Shown here piece after piece: positions 25,860-36,690 of a stretch of DNA of 64,000 bases. Origin of the DNA: a virus; IMG/VR virus record IMGVR_UViG_3300047510_002509. One strand, given 5' to 3'. Under the pieces are notes generated by a model. It had not been told where the DNA came from. It saw only the letters and a list, made by a program, of their open reading frames with translations, and did no database searches. Within the stretch, counting starts at the first letter, position 1; every line of letters starts with the position of its first letter. A program made the position numbers and the translations under genes.

Positions 25860-28463
25860 ATGACGGACAACACCTCCGAACGCCTTGTTAAGGGTTCCTC
25901 ATACTATTCAGAGCTGGGCTGGAGCATTCTTCCTTGCCATGGAATTGTTGGTGGACGGTGTACTTGTAACAAGGGCCATGGAGAACCAAAAGAGGTTGGA
26001 AAACATCCAGCTATAAATGAGTGGAATTTAAATTCAACCAGCAATGCTGAAGTAGTTCAAAAATGGTGGACCGACAACCCTAATTACAACATCGGTGTCC
26101 ACTGCTCAAAGAGCGGGTTTCTTGTAATTGATATTGATCCACGTTCTGGTGGTCCAGACTCATTTATTAAATTTGAAGAACTTGTTGAAGGCGCTCTTCC
26201 ACCGACAGTAGAAGCTTTAACTGGTGTCTACACTGACGACAGAGGTCGTCATGTCCGTGGTCGACACATCTACTACAAGTGCAGTCCATCCGAAGGTCTA
26301 ATCGGTAATTTAAACAAATTAGATTTAAAGGGCATTGACATAAAGCACAACGGTTATGTTTTGATTGCTCCAAGTAGACACGGTTCTGGTCTTAACTATG
26401 AGTGGGCTGAGGGCAAGGCACCTTGGGAAATTGAAATGGCAGAAGCTCCAGAAGAGCTCTTGCAAGCTCTTCGTAAGCAAACCAGAAGAACAAATTTCAC
26501 TCTTGAAAGTGGCAACTGGGATGACATCGAATATGAAAAAGTCGATGTATCAGCCATGCTCGAGCAGGGAATTGATGAAGGTTCTAGAGCTGTAGATGTT
26601 TACAAACTTGTCTGCGCTTTAGCAAATAAATTTGGAACAGATGCAAGTTCAAGACGAATGATTGAATCTGACATGATTAGGTTTAATCACGAAAAAATTC
26701 GTCCACCTTTAGATATAGAAGGAACCAACGGACTTCTACATCACGTACACCGTGCAATTGATTTTGTAGCAGCTAATCCAAAGCTTGCGTACTTAAGTCC
26801 AGAAACTGCAGAGTGGCAAAAACAGCAAGCATTAAGAATTTCTAGCGAGCCTAAAGAAGTTAAAGCATTAACTGGTGTAGTTACTCCTTTACCTAAAGAA
26901 CCAACTATGTTCCCCATGGGGACTGGTCCTATCTCAAGTACGGTGTTGGCTGGTATTGAAGATGGTGATTCTATTGAGCAAGCAACATCACTAACTAACA
27001 TCAACGTACCTAAAGATCCTGATGCACTTAGACTTGAAGATGGTGGAAATGAGAGTAAGCGTTCACTATCTGATACAGGTAATGGTCGTCGTTTAGTAGA
27101 CGTTTTTGGTACTGGCATTCGCTATACGAGCGGCTTAGGTTGGTTTGTATGGAAAGAGGGCTACTGGAAACCAGACAGAGAAGATTTAGAGGTTCACGAG
27201 TTAGCCAAGCGAATCCCACCAATCATTTCTGCTGAAGTTAATCAATATCAAGAATCTCAGCAGGCATCTGTAATTCAGTGGGCTCATCAATCTCGTTCTA
27301 ACTCAAGAATGAAGGGCGCAATCGAGTCAGCTAAATCTGACCCTCGTATCGAAGTACCAGTTAGCCGCTGGGACAATGATGAAAATCTTTTGGGTGTACT
27401 TAATGGCGTAATTGATTTGCGCACAGGTGAGTTGCTCAAGGGTCGCCCAGATTTAAATATCACCAGAAGAGCTCCAGTAACTTATACACGGGGACATACA
27501 AATGTGCGGTGGCAACAATTTTTAGATTTTGCAACTGGTGGTGATAAGGAGTATCAAGACTGGATACAAAAAGCTGCTGGTTACTCAATTACTGGTTCTA
27601 ACAAATATGACATTATGTTTTTAGCTTATGGACCTGCTGGTTCTGGTAAAAACACTCTTGTTGAAGCAATTGTTAAATGTCTTGGTACAGAAGAATATGC
27701 ATGGCCTCTTGATTCTCATATCCTTGCCGCAAATGAAATGAGTAACGGCAATACAGATGCTTATCATTGGGCTCAGTTGCGTGGTAAGCGTATGGTGTGG
27801 GTTGATGAGCTTCCTGACAATGAACGAATCAAAGAAAATGCGGTTAAGCGTTTAACTGGTTCGTCTGTAATATCGGCTCGTTCTCCAGGAGAACAGCCTT
27901 TCACGTTCGAATCCAGAGCAAAACTTTGGGTTACGACAAACCACCGCCCAATCATCACGGATGATGCCATGTGGCGTCGTATCCGTCCGATGCCAATGAC
28001 CCGTGTGCCAGAAAATCCTGATCCTGATTTGAAGGCATACATATTTGACCCTGAAGGTGCACTTCCAGCAGTTTTGTCATGGGCTGTTGATGGCGCTACC
28101 AAACTTCTCGGTTCTTCATCTCGTGATGCATTGGGTTGGTGTACTCAGGTTGCAGAGGCAGCAGAGATGTATCGCAAAAACGAAGACCGAATCGGTATTT
28201 TTCTTTCAGAAGAGACTGTTGAAAACGCTGGTGCTCAGATTCCTATCAAAACCTTATACGGTGTATACCGTCAGTGGAGCGAAGAGCGTGGAGAGCGTCC
28301 AATGACTCAAATTGGATTCCAAAGAAAACTTGCTGAAAGAAACATTGAAAGCTCTGGAACTGGTTCAAGGGCAATAATTAAAGGTAGAAACTTAGTTCCA
28401 AGAGTTGTTCAAACTGCAGAAATTGATTGGCAAGCAGCTAACATTTTTAATAGAAGCTTTTAG
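25860..28463 (+). CDS. Bifunctional primase-polymerase / D5-like SF3 helicase
   Basis: Prim-Pol motifs (NIG, VIDID, GRHIYY, GYVLIAPS); Walker A GPAGSGKNT, WVDE, TNHRP; SD GGAGG. Confidence 0.92.
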   Translation: MTDNTSERLVKGSSYYSELGWSILPCHGIVGGRCTCNKGHGEPKEVGKHPAINEWNLNSTSNAEVVQKWWTDNPNYNIGVHCSKSGFLVIDIDPRSGGPDSFIKFEELVEGALPPTVEALTGVYTDDRGRHVRGRHIYYKCSPSEGLIGNLNKLDLKGIDIKHNGYVLIAPSRHGSGLNYEWAEGKAPWEIEMAEAPEELLQALRKQTRRTNFTLESGNWDDIEYEKVDVSAMLEQGIDEGSRAVDVYKLVCALANKFGTDASSRRMIESDMIRFNHEKIRPPLDIEGTNGLLHHVHRAIDFVAANPKLAYLSPETAEWQKQQALRISSEPKEVKALTGVVTPLPKEPTMFPMGTGPISSTVLAGIEDGDSIEQATSLTNINVPKDPDALRLEDGGNESKRSLSDTGNGRRLVDVFGTGIRYTSGLGWFVWKEGYWKPDREDLEVHELAKRIPPIISAEVNQYQESQQASVIQWAHQSRSNSRMKGAIESAKSDPRIEVPVSRWDNDENLLGVLNGVIDLRTGELLKGRPDLNITRRAPVTYTRGHTNVRWQQFLDFATGGDKEYQDWIQKAAGYSITGSNKYDIMFLAYGPAGSGKNTLVEAIVKCLGTEEYAWPLDSHILAANEMSNGNTDAYHWAQLRGKRMVWVDELPDNERIKENAVKRLTGSSVISARSPGEQPFTFESRAKLWVTTNHRPIITDDAMWRRIRPMPMTRVPENPDPDLKAYIFDPEGALPAVLSWAVDGATKLLGSSSRDALGWCTQVAEAAEMYRKNEDRIGIFLSEETVENAGAQIPIKTLYGVYRQWSEERGERPMTQIGFQRKLAERNIESSGTGSRAIIKGRNLVPRVVQTAEIDWQAANIFNRSF

Positions 28464-29881
28464 TTTTTAGGACTAAAAACTCGGCCTCCGCCACCTGCTC
28501 TAAAATTAGGCAACCTCCGTGAGGAAAAAGACTTGGCTACCAAGTTACCTCCAACAAATCCTGGTGGAGGTTTAATAAGGAGAGCAGTCATTGCGTGAAC
28601 TAAAGCATCCACTCTGTCTGGAGACTTTTTGGACTCTCCTGGAACCCAAGTTGTCATCTGAGATTCAAGATCAGGAAGATACCCAATATGATGAACACGT
28701 TGTTGTTCATATGCTAGAACGATGGGCTCGGCACGAAGGGCTTTACCGTGTTTTGAGTGCACTTCCAAAACTTTAACATTCGGGTCAATTGCATTAATTG
28801 CATTACGAACTAGTGCTCCACCTTGGTTTACTTCAGCAACAACTGGTGCTCCCCAACGGCGAGCCATCTCAACAACTTTATTTGCCCAGACTTCTGGTGA
28901 ACCAAGAACTGAAGCATCTTCTAATACCCAAGCGTGGCGCTTATATAAATCTCTATCTGCGGTAGAAGCACAAACAACAATCCCACATTCGTCACGAGGG
29001 TTTTCTGCAACAGATGGGTCTACCCCAATACAACGAAGCGGAGCTTGAGGGGGAAGAATTCCTTGTCTAGAACTTTCTATCATCTCCATTGTCCACAATG
29101 TTCCTTCAAGATCTTCAAGCATCTCTCCATAAAGCTCTTGTCGTGCAAGAGAGGTTCCTTCATAAACTCCCATAATGGTGTCTAGATATGTGCCAGATAA
29201 ATTTCCAGCGTTATCCATTGTTGAACCTCTAGTTACAATAACTTTTGAAAGGCTCTTTAAATTTTTTGATTCTTCAATTAATTTATAAAGAAGCGGAACT
29301 CTTTTAGGTGTAGTGGTGCAAACAATTTTTGGTTTTGCACCGAGACGTGTACCAACGCGCAAGTTATCAAAAGCTGTCATACCTGCAGCATCTGGAGTTT
29401 GACGCCATGCGGCAATCTCGTCACCCCATGCGTGTGTGAACTGCGGACCACGAAGAGAGTCTGGCTCATCTGCAGTAAACAATGTTGCAGTGTTTCCATT
29501 AGGCCAAGTTAGACGACGCTTTGATGGTTCATAGTGGGGGCGCTCGGATGGCGGGGAAACATTAATAATTCCCGACTCTCCTTCAACAATAACGTCACGA
29601 ACATCGGCAGCAGTACGAGCTACTAAAGCAAAGCGACGCTGGCCTTCATTTGTGTATTTAGCTTGCTCTCTTACCCACTCAGCTGCAAGTCTTGTTTTAC
29701 CAAAACCACGACCCGCAAGTACAAGCCAGATATTCCAGTCATCGCCTTCGGGAGGAAGTTGTTCAGGTCTTCCCCAAGAACGCCAATCCCATTGCAAAAT
29801 TTCTGGGTCTATATTGGAAAGAACTAATGCTTGCTCTTCTTTAGGTAAAAGGGCAAGCTGCTCCATAAAGCTCTTTCCCAT
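28460..29881 (-). CDS. terL: Terminase large subunit
   Basis: Walker A AGRGFGKT, LRGPQF, Walker B AWGDE, TTTP, nuclease motifs IGVDP and DRVDA. Confidence 0.9.
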   Translation of the reverse strand: MGKSFMEQLALLPKEEQALVLSNIDPEILQWDWRSWGRPEQLPPEGDDWNIWLVLAGRGFGKTRLAAEWVREQAKYTNEGQRRFALVARTAADVRDVIVEGESGIINVSPPSERPHYEPSKRRLTWPNGNTATLFTADEPDSLRGPQFTHAWGDEIAAWRQTPDAAGMTAFDNLRVGTRLGAKPKIVCTTTPKRVPLLYKLIEESKNLKSLSKVIVTRGSTMDNAGNLSGTYLDTIMGVYEGTSLARQELYGEMLEDLEGTLWTMEMIESSRQGILPPQAPLRCIGVDPSVAENPRDECGIVVCASTADRDLYKRHAWVLEDASVLGSPEVWANKVVEMARRWGAPVVAEVNQGGALVRNAINAIDPNVKVLEVHSKHGKALRAEPIVLAYEQQRVHHIGYLPDLESQMTTWVPGESKKSPDRVDALVHAMTALLIKPPPGFVGGNLVAKSFSSRRLPNFRAGGGGRVFSPKN

Positions 29882-29891
29882 AAATGACTAC

Positions 29892-30350
29892 CTATCTATT
29901 TCGCTGAAGACTTCTTTGAACTCCATAGTACAGCGGTGCAGCAGAACTTAGACCCAGTTGTTTGGCAAGATTAGAAAGAGAAATTCCAGCTTTGTATTCT
30001 TCTGCTAGCTGGTCGTGATACTTGTCAGTACCTTGTTCTTTTGCAGAACGTACTCTTTGAGCAGCTTGTAATACAACTTCGCCTTTAACACGCTTAGATG
30101 GTTTAATATTGGACACACTGATTTCATTCATAACTACACGACGGCGAACACCTGCATATGCAACATTTAGACGTTTAGCTAGAAGTGGCAAACTTCCCCC
30201 ACGGCCCCTAAATTCAACTAGTAAACGTGTGTACTCTCGGCTTGCATCGTGTGCTGGGCTATTTTGATTTCTTGCCCCATAAGCTTTCTTTGCATCATTA
30301 AGAATTGGTTGAATAAGCTGGGCGTACTGCTCAATAAGCTCGTTGCTCAT
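29892..30350 (-). CDS. Tandem helix-turn-helix protein (possible regulator or small terminase)
   Basis: Two HTH-like segments (SLPLLAKRLNV, SLSNLAKQLGL); directly upstream of terL. Confidence 0.55.
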   Translation of the reverse strand: MSNELIEQYAQLIQPILNDAKKAYGARNQNSPAHDASREYTRLLVEFRGRGGSLPLLAKRLNVAYAGVRRRVVMNEISVSNIKPSKRVKGEVVLQAAQRVRSAKEQGTDKYHDQLAEEYKAGISLSNLAKQLGLSSAAPLYYGVQRSLQRNR

Positions 30351-30463
30351 TTTTATGTCTCCATCTGTGTCTTTGTGTTCAGCGCGTCCTTCGTAAATCT
30401 ATCATAGACACAAGGATAAAGCAAGGAGTAGTCAGAAAGTATCTAAATAAACCTTCCTGACTT

Positions 30464-30643
30464 TTACTCCTCGTCTTCTTCCTTTGGATTTCTTAGTCTG
30501 TATGTAATAATCCATATAGCAGCAGACCATACGATGGCGTATCCAACGACGGTTTTAGCTGAGCCATCTAGAACAATCCAAGCAACAAACATGCCCAGAA
30601 GTGTCCAAAGCTGGTCTAGTACATCTCTAAAAAAGTTTTTCAT
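30464..30643 (-). CDS. Small two-TM membrane protein (59 aa)
   Basis: Manual translation MKNFFRDVLDQLWTLLGMFVAWIVLDG...KEEDEE; starts immediately after the upstream stop. Confidence 0.7.
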   Translation of the reverse strand: MKNFFRDVLDQLWTLLGMFVAWIVLDGSAKTVVGYAIVWSAAIWIITYRLRNPKEEDEE

Positions 30644-33600
30644 TTATTTCACCTTCCTAACTTTTCCACTAGTAGTTCTTCTACGAGTTCCATCCATTTT
30701 TCCTGTTGCTCCACCGCCAGCGTTTCCACCGCTTCCACCGCTTCCACCGCTAGAGGACCCAGCGGCTCCTGCGGCGGCTGCAGCTGCATTGATAGCAGCT
30801 CCTGCAGCAACAACTGTTGCTACAACCATTTTTTCTGCTTCTTCACGTTCTTCTTCAGACATATCAGCTCCAATGCTTCCTAGAGCTAGAAGCACTTGCC
30901 CTGGGTCAGAAAAAATCTCACTCAGTAGTTCGGCAGGATCTTCTAGAAGAGTTAGTGCTGCAGCAACCTCGGCTGTTATGATAACTGGATTTCCATCCTC
31001 GTCAGTTCTAGTTTCGACTGGGGTCTCTGGTGGCAAATCTTCGTAAGTAAGTCCAGCTTCTAAAAGTTGTTCGGAAGATACAGATTCACCTGGAGCTAAA
31101 TCATCCAAAATAGCTTCAACAACTGCTTCTTTTTCTTCCTGTGTCAAAACACCATCAGATAGAGCATCTTCTATAATTGTTTCTGGTTCAGGTTCAATTT
31201 CAGGTTCTGGAGTTGGCTCTGGTTCAGGTTCAATTTCAGGTTCAATTTCAGGTTCTGGAGTTGGCTCTGGTTCAGGTTCAATTTCAGGTTCAATTTCAGG
31301 TTCAACTTCAGGTTCTGGTTCTATAGGAGGTTCAGGTGTCGTCTCAGGTTCAGGTTCAATTTCAGGGGTTGATGGATTTTCTTCTTCAGGCGTGGTGGGT
31401 TCTGGCTCTGGTTGTGGTTGTGGGTCTTGCGGGCTCTCTGGCTCTGGCTCTGGCTGCGGTTCTGTGGGAACAGGTTCGGGCTCTGGCTGAGGCTGAGGAA
31501 GAGGCTCTGGCTCAGGAGATGGCTCGGGAAGAGTTGGTTGAGGCTGAGGCTCTGGCTGAGGTGCTGGAGTCTGGTTCACCTGTTCTTGTGAGACGACGAT
31601 TTGGGCCGCTGAGACTGCGACGATAGCTTCAACAGTCTCATCAATAGCAACTTGTGCAGAAGCAATAGCGACATCCATCGCAGTTACTGCTGTTTGAGCA
31701 TCTACTAAGTCTTGTTGAGCATTTGTAAGATTTTGCTGAGCAAGTGTTTCTTGAGTTGTTAAGTTTTGTAAGGTTTCAGTTTGTGTTGTTAGGTTTTGCT
31801 CAGCTGTAGCAAGAGTTTGAAGTTGCTCTGGTGTAGCGGTTGAAGTTGTGAATTCAGTGCTAGGAGCTATAACCCAGCCAGTTGAATTGTTGTGACGATA
31901 AAACCAAACACCAGCACCACCACCATTTTCGTAGTAATGTAACTCAAATTCTTTAGTAGTTCCAGCAGATATTACTTGTTCAACAACACTTCCTCCGCCA
32001 CCTTTGTCATACCAATCATTAATAACTAGCTCACCATCAAGATAAAGCTTTACTCCATCATCCGCTGGAGCGTAGACATGAGTTACATCAATTTCAGGTG
32101 TCCAAGTTCCTATGTACTTAACAATTACATCCTCGTGGAGATTTGATCCAGCAACATAGCCCCCACCCCACTGCTCGTTAATTCCGTCAGTGTCAGTGGT
32201 TGTATAAACTGGAGTAGCGTTTTCGGATAGTACGGGGGCATTATTCTGTCCTTGTACGTTATAAACTTCTACTTTTAATCCTTGTTGAGTATTTGTATCC
32301 ACTACTGCTTGAGCCACCGCTTCAGTTGTAATTGCTTCAGCTACCACCGCTTCTTGTGTCTCAACGGCTGCGGTTGTATTAGCTAACACTTGAGTCTTGT
32401 CTGCTACTACTTCCTGAGCAGCCTCTACTGTTGAAGCTGAAGAAACAAGAGTTTGAGCCGTGCTCATATCTGCTTGAGCCTGTGTTATTGCTGCTTGTGC
32501 TTCAGAAACTTGTGTTGTTGCGTTTAAAACTGCCTCTGTAACTGCTGTTGTAGGTTCAAGAGTGTTTGCTGTTAATACAACTGCTTCTAGGGTTTGAGCG
32601 ACTACTTCTATAGCTTCTGCAGATACTGCAACCTGAGCTTCTGCAACTTCTACCTCGGCTTCATCTATTTCAGTTTCTGCGATTTCTATTGCAGTTTCTG
32701 TGGCGATAACAGATGATGCAAGAGATAGTCCCGCTGAAACAGCAACATCTTGAGCTGTGGATTGAAATGTTTGTGCTGTAGCAAGAGTCTCCTGCTCGGA
32801 TGTTAGTGTCGCTGTGGCATTAGTTTCTGCAGCTTGAAGAGTTGTAAGAGTTGTTTGCTCTGTAGCTAAAGTAGTTGCCGCTTCTTCAGCTGCTTCTGTA
32901 AGAGCAGGGTCAGAGCTAGTTGTAGTCACACGTATGTTGTCAATAATGTAAATATCACTATCTGGTTGAATAGTGACACTATCTATAGCTTTTCCATCAG
33001 GTGCTGTAATTGTTTCTACATATGTATGATCTGGGTTTGAAACACCATTGTGGTACATAACTCCATTTTCAAGAGTTCCTGTTGAAGTACTTCCATCCGT
33101 TGCAACAATGGTTTCTACTGCGTCACCATTTTTTGCATAAATATCAAACTCAATAGCAGTTACATTTTGATCTGTTGGATTAATAGTTATAGGAGATGTG
33201 CCGTTTGTGTAAAGAGCGTTTCCTTGAACACCTTCTGAGTTCCAACCGCCACTTATTTGAGCGCCAGTTCCAACTGTAATTTGAGGGTCTATTTGTCCAT
33301 CAGTGAAATTTTCAATAACTGTTGTAGTAGAACTGTTTGCTGCATCTGCCGCGGTTTGAGCTGCTGAAGCATCTGCTTCTGCTTGAGTCACTACTGATTC
33401 TTGAGTCGTTACTGCATTTGTCGCTTCTGTTACTGCTGTTTGAGCTTCTGCTACTACTGCTGTTTGGGCCTCAACTGTGGCGGTTGCTTGGGCCAAAGTT
33501 TGATTGGCAATTTCCGATACTGCAAGTGCTGTTTCTGCAGATTGAACTGCTGAACCTGCTTCTTGTGTAGCACTAGAAGCTTCTGCTACCTGTGTCTGAG

Positions 33601-33970
33601 CATTAGATACTGATTCTGTGACGTCCGCTGTTGGTTCTGATATTGATGATGTTACCTCCGAAATCTGATTAATTTTTGTTTCTAAGCTTGCTACTTCAGA
33701 TTCCGCCGTTGCTACAGCGGTTGCCGCTTCTGTGATTTGCTCTTGCGTTGAGCCACTGGAAGAAGCTTGTGGATCACCTCCCGACGACGCATTTGTATCA
33801 GTGGATGTACTGTTTGGGTCTGGTGCTGGTTGCACCCCCTCTTCGTCGGCAGCGTATGCAGTTTGTGGAGTTAAAACTCCGATGAAAAAAATTATAAAAG
33901 GGGTAGCAGAAAGTGATAGCCAAAATCTTGTTAAGAATTGACTCGGTCTTCCAGTAAAACGACGCGACAC
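30644..33970 (-). CDS. Large secreted/membrane-anchored surface protein with Ala/Thr/Glu-rich coiled coils, PA14 domain and Pro-Glu stalk
   Basis: GTG at 33970 with SD GGAGG; signal peptide ending AYA; PA14 motifs [11 protein letters not shown] and YYENGGG; PE repeats; C-terminal hydrophobic segment and basic tail. Confidence 0.75.
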   Translation of the reverse strand: MSRRFTGRPSQFLTRFWLSLSATPFIIFFIGVLTPQTAYAADEEGVQPAPDPNSTSTDTNASSGGDPQASSSGSTQEQITEAATAVATAESEVASLETKINQISEVTSSISEPTADVTESVSNAQTQVAEASSATQEAGSAVQSAETALAVSEIANQTLAQATATVEAQTAVVAEAQTAVTEATNAVTTQESVVTQAEADASAAQTAADAANSSTTTVIENFTDGQIDPQITVGTGAQISGGWNSEGVQGNALYTNGTSPITINPTDQNVTAIEFDIYAKNGDAVETIVATDGSTSTGTLENGVMYHNGVSNPDHTYVETITAPDGKAIDSVTIQPDSDIYIIDNIRVTTTSSDPALTEAAEEAATTLATEQTTLTTLQAAETNATATLTSEQETLATAQTFQSTAQDVAVSAGLSLASSVIATETAIEIAETEIDEAEVEVAEAQVAVSAEAIEVVAQTLEAVVLTANTLEPTTAVTEAVLNATTQVSEAQAAITQAQADMSTAQTLVSSASTVEAAQEVVADKTQVLANTTAAVETQEAVVAEAITTEAVAQAVVDTNTQQGLKVEVYNVQGQNNAPVLSENATPVYTTTDTDGINEQWGGGYVAGSNLHEDVIVKYIGTWTPEIDVTHVYAPADDGVKLYLDGELVINDWYDKGGGGSVVEQVISAGTTKEFELHYYENGGGAGVWFYRHNNSTGWVIAPSTEFTTSTATPEQLQTLATAEQNLTTQTETLQNLTTQETLAQQNLTNAQQDLVDAQTAVTAMDVAIASAQVAIDETVEAIVAVSAAQIVVSQEQVNQTPAPQPEPQPQPTLPEPSPEPEPLPQPQPEPEPVPTEPQPEPEPESPQDPQPQPEPEPTTPEEENPSTPEIEPEPETTPEPPIEPEPEVEPEIEPEIEPEPEPTPEPEIEPEIEPEPEPTPEPEIEPEPETIIEDALSDGVLTQEEKEAVVEAILDDLAPGESVSSEQLLEAGLTYEDLPPETPVETRTDEDGNPVIITAEVAAALTLLEDPAELLSEIFSDPGQVLLALGSIGADMSEEEREEAEKMVVATVVAAGAAINAAAAAAGAAGSSSGGSGGSGGNAGGGATGKMDGTRRRTTSGKVRKVK
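31189..31303. repeat. 48-bp tandem repeat (2+ copies) encoding the Pro-Glu stalk
   Basis: CAGGTTCAATTTCAGGTTCTGGAGTTGGCTCTGGTTCAGGTTCAATTT at 31189 and 31237. Confidence 0.85.
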
Positions 33971-34065
33971 TTTGATGCCTCCAGCGCACGGCAATTAAAG
34001 GCGGCAAAAACCGACCCTTTTCAGCTTGGTGTCCAGTCAAGCTGTATGTAAATTTTATCGTATTG

Positions 34066-34749
34066 CTAAATGTCTAAAATGCTTTTCTCTTTTGAGTACA
34101 TCAAAAAAATGTGTCTTACGTTTGCTGCGTACCAGTCACTACCACCTCTTGGTGGAACAACACCATCACTCTTTAAACCTTCAGCAATTTTTCCGTACGA
34201 AAGTCCAGCTGTACGTTCGTCATAAATTCTTTTTCTAATTTCAAGAGGTAGTGGGGATTTTGGTCCAATATTAACCCCCCAAACCTTTCCAGCGTCTCTA
34301 CGGTCCTTATGGACATCTTTCTGACGCATAGAAATCATTCCACGCTCCATTTCAGCCATTGCTGACATGATGGTTACAACAAAACGTCCTTGATAAGTTC
34401 CTGTGTCCAATCCCAAATCAAGAAGTGCTAAACGCCATTCGTATTTATGTGAACGATCAACAATACTTAAAAAATCACGAGTGGAGCGTGCAAGCCTGTC
34501 TAAGCGTGTAACAAAAAGTGCTTGCGCCTTTCCTGCATCTAACTCATCTAATGCTTTTCGCAAAACAGGTCTACCAGTAATACTTTTACCAGACTTACCC
34601 TCTTCACGAAGAATTACAGCTACATAACCAGCAGACTCTGCAGCTGCAATTAGCTGACGCTCTTGTGCATCAAGTGACACGCCTTCCTCTGCTTGCATTT
34701 GAGTAGACACTCGCGCATAGCAGTAGGCAATACCCTCACTCATATCCAA
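34066..34749 (-). CDS. Serine recombinase (resolvase/invertase family) with short C-terminal DNA-binding domain
   Basis: YARVST catalytic motif, SGK, RLDRLARS, AEMER. Confidence 0.9.
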   Translation of the reverse strand: MDMSEGIAYCYARVSTQMQAEEGVSLDAQERQLIAAAESAGYVAVILREEGKSGKSITGRPVLRKALDELDAGKAQALFVTRLDRLARSTRDFLSIVDRSHKYEWRLALLDLGLDTGTYQGRFVVTIMSAMAEMERGMISMRQKDVHKDRRDAGKVWGVNIGPKSPLPLEIRKRIYDERTAGLSYGKIAEGLKSDGVVPPRGGSDWYAANVRHIFLMYSKEKSILDI

Positions 34750-34942
34750 TGCCCTCTTTTTTCAAACTAATTATTGCTTGGTCTAGTCTGTCGTTTGGAC
34801 AATTCCTTACAGACTCTTCGTATGTATTACCGCAATCTCCACACTTCCAAGTCATCTCTGCAATAGCGTCGTAGTGTCCTACGACATATCCTTTGTCATA
34901 ACCTATGTCATAACCTTCCTGATAAAGATTTTTCTTTCTCAT
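34736..34942 (-). CDS. Hypothetical protein
   Basis: ORF track; CGDC..C motif; overlaps neighbouring genes in operon fashion. Confidence 0.6.
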   Translation of the reverse strand: MRKKNLYQEGYDIGYDKGYVVGHYDAIAEMTWKCGDCGNTYEESVRNCPNDRLDQAIISLKKEGIGYE

Positions 34943-35676
34943 TAAGGAGATACTCTTCCGTTATCTACAAAAGCTTTGTGAGTTACTGGCATGTGATACT
35001 CAAAAATCTCTTCATACCTTTCAGCAACCATTTCAATCTCTCTTTGAGGATATGAAGGAAAGCTCTGACCTTCAACATTCCTACGGAGACTTAGGAAGTT
35101 CATCAAAGAGCGAGCATTCATGGTGACATAAGCAGAAGAATAAATTGTCACTGGGAGCACTCCTCGAGCGACTTCTCGAGCAACACCATTAGAAAGCATC
35201 TCTTTGTAGTTGTAGTACGCCTCTGTACATGTCTTTTTATAATTATTAACAGTTATTGCGTACTGCTGGTCAGTGCCTTCTTCAAAAACATAAGCACCTG
35301 GTTTGCCAACTTGAACTAGTTTTCTGTCCTGATTAGGGACATAGAACTCTGGTTCAAGCTCCCTATAACGCCCAGACTCTTCGTTGTAGGAAGCGATGCG
35401 ATGACGCATATGCTCGCGCCAGACAAAGATAGGTGCTTTGACGTAGAACGTGAAATATGAATGCTCAAATGGAGTGCCATGACGCTCTCTCATCAAGAAG
35501 TTAATCAGGCCTTGTTCTCTTTTAGATAACTCATTAGTTTCATCAAAAGAGGCTGTGTAGTCTCGAGTTCTTTCTCCCTCGGTGCTTACTCGAGCGGAAA
35601 AGATGACATCCATGTCTTCAGCACTACATTTAACAAGTTCTACGTCAACATCAGAACTGAACAGAATTTCAGACAA
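34942..35676 (-). CDS. thyX: FAD-dependent thymidylate synthase
   Basis: HGTPFEH, RHRIASYNEESGRY, EVARGVLP, NARSLMNFLSLR. Confidence 0.95.
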   Translation of the reverse strand: MSEILFSSDVDVELVKCSAEDMDVIFSARVSTEGERTRDYTASFDETNELSKREQGLINFLMRERHGTPFEHSYFTFYVKAPIFVWREHMRHRIASYNEESGRYRELEPEFYVPNQDRKLVQVGKPGAYVFEEGTDQQYAITVNNYKKTCTEAYYNYKEMLSNGVAREVARGVLPVTIYSSAYVTMNARSLMNFLSLRRNVEGQSFPSYPQREIEMVAERYEEIFEYHMPVTHKAFVDNGRVSP

Positions 35677-35685
35677 AAGACTCTC

Positions 35686-35919
35686 CTAGTCCACTGGCTT
35701 TAGATGATTTGGCTTTGGCTCTTCCTTCTTTTTTGTCTTAACTGAATCCCTAGATTCAACGTTTGCCTTGGCTCTAGCAAAAGCTTGAAAGAAGGTCTTA
35801 ACAAGTGCATAGAGCACCAGAAGGCAGAATCCAACAATTAACACGACTATCAATGAACCGATCAAAAACAGACCTAGTTCAAATGCCAGTTCGAATGGAG
35901 CTTTCCAATTGATATCCAT
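35686..35919 (-). CDS. Small membrane protein
   Basis: Long hydrophobic helix; SD AAAGG. Confidence 0.6.
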   Translation of the reverse strand: MDINWKAPFELAFELGLFLIGSLIVVLIVGFCLLVLYALVKTFFQAFARAKANVESRDSVKTKKKEEPKPNHLKPVD

Positions 35920-35933
35920 AACTTACCTTTCTA

Positions 35934-36425
35934 TTAGCCTTTAGGTCTCATGACCACAAGGGCGCTGGGGAAGGGGGCTGCGTTGGTGGAATTACCAAAC
36001 TTCAGCCGTCCACGAATAAAACGAACTTCGTGGTGTATTGCATAGTCGTGAAACCAAGCAGTGTCAGTTCTTGCTGGCACTAGGCACACAACCGTGGCTC
36101 CTTTTTGAGATTCAGCGTCAGCCTTTCTCATCCAGTCCTTGATGGTCTTGCCATAAGGAGGATTGAGCCAAATAGCACCACCCTGAGCATCGGTAGTCCA
36201 GTCGCGTGTAAAAGCGTCTTGTCTATTCGTCTCTGGGTGGTCTGGTCCATACCAGTTGCCTACAACCAAAGTAGAAGACTGCAGGGCTGCTGCATCCAAA
36301 GCAAAGTTAAACTCTGCATCTACCTTGGCGTAATAACTTCTTGGCGTAGACCAAGTGTCATCAAGCGATGACATCGCTGTTGAGCTTGAATAAAAGCCCG
36401 TGCTCTTCTCGTAAGGTTCTACCAC
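35934..36425 (-). CDS. Phage Dam-family N6-adenine DNA methyltransferase
   Basis: W.TP, LDAAA, WLNPPYG, PARTDT, GRLKF; start moved to GTG 36425 because TATGAT lies 6 nt upstream. Confidence 0.88.
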   Translation of the reverse strand: MVEPYEKSTGFYSSSTAMSSLDDTWSTPRSYYAKVDAEFNFALDAAALQSSTLVVGNWYGPDHPETNRQDAFTRDWTTDAQGGAIWLNPPYGKTIKDWMRKADAESQKGATVVCLVPARTDTAWFHDYAIHHEVRFIRGRLKFGNSTNAAPFPSALVVMRPKG

Positions 36426-36498
36426 GCTGATATCATATAGTAACTTAATTCTAAATTGCAACACCCAAAACAGGCGTTTCTAAAAGGTATGATAAAGT

Positions 36499-36669
36499 TC
36501 AGGCCGTACGAACTCGCCCTTTTAGGACGTGCCAAGCGTTGCATTTATCGCATCCGTGTAAGAAATAGCTCTCTGGACGCCCTTTTTTGGTTTCCGAGTA
36601 GTTTTTCATCTGGACAAACCTACTAGCCAACTCTCGATTGGCAAAACCCTTTTTAACGCAAGTTGCCAT
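36499..36669 (-). CDS. Small hypothetical protein (56 aa, C..C..WH Zn-like)
   Basis: The ATG at 36669 directly follows the repeated GGGAGCCCGGAAA motif; MATCVKKGF... Confidence 0.65.
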   Translation of the reverse strand: MATCVKKGFANRELASRFVQMKNYSETKKGRPESYFLHGCDKCNAWHVLKGRVRTA

Positions 36670-36690
36670 TTTCCGGGCTCCCATTCCGTT
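36669..36690 (-). repeat. 22-bp dispersed motif, copy 1
   Basis: AACGGAATGGGAGCCCGGAAAA between a TAA and an ATG. Confidence 0.85.

Noticed and set aside
30534-31046. 170-aa + strand ORF
   Set aside because: It is antisense to the PA14 protein and the 59-aa membrane gene; a low-complexity shadow.
34066-34749. IS607-like element or prophage integrase
   Set aside because: No N-terminal MerR-type HTH and no tnpB; too short for a large serine integrase; no att site or flanking host genes seen.
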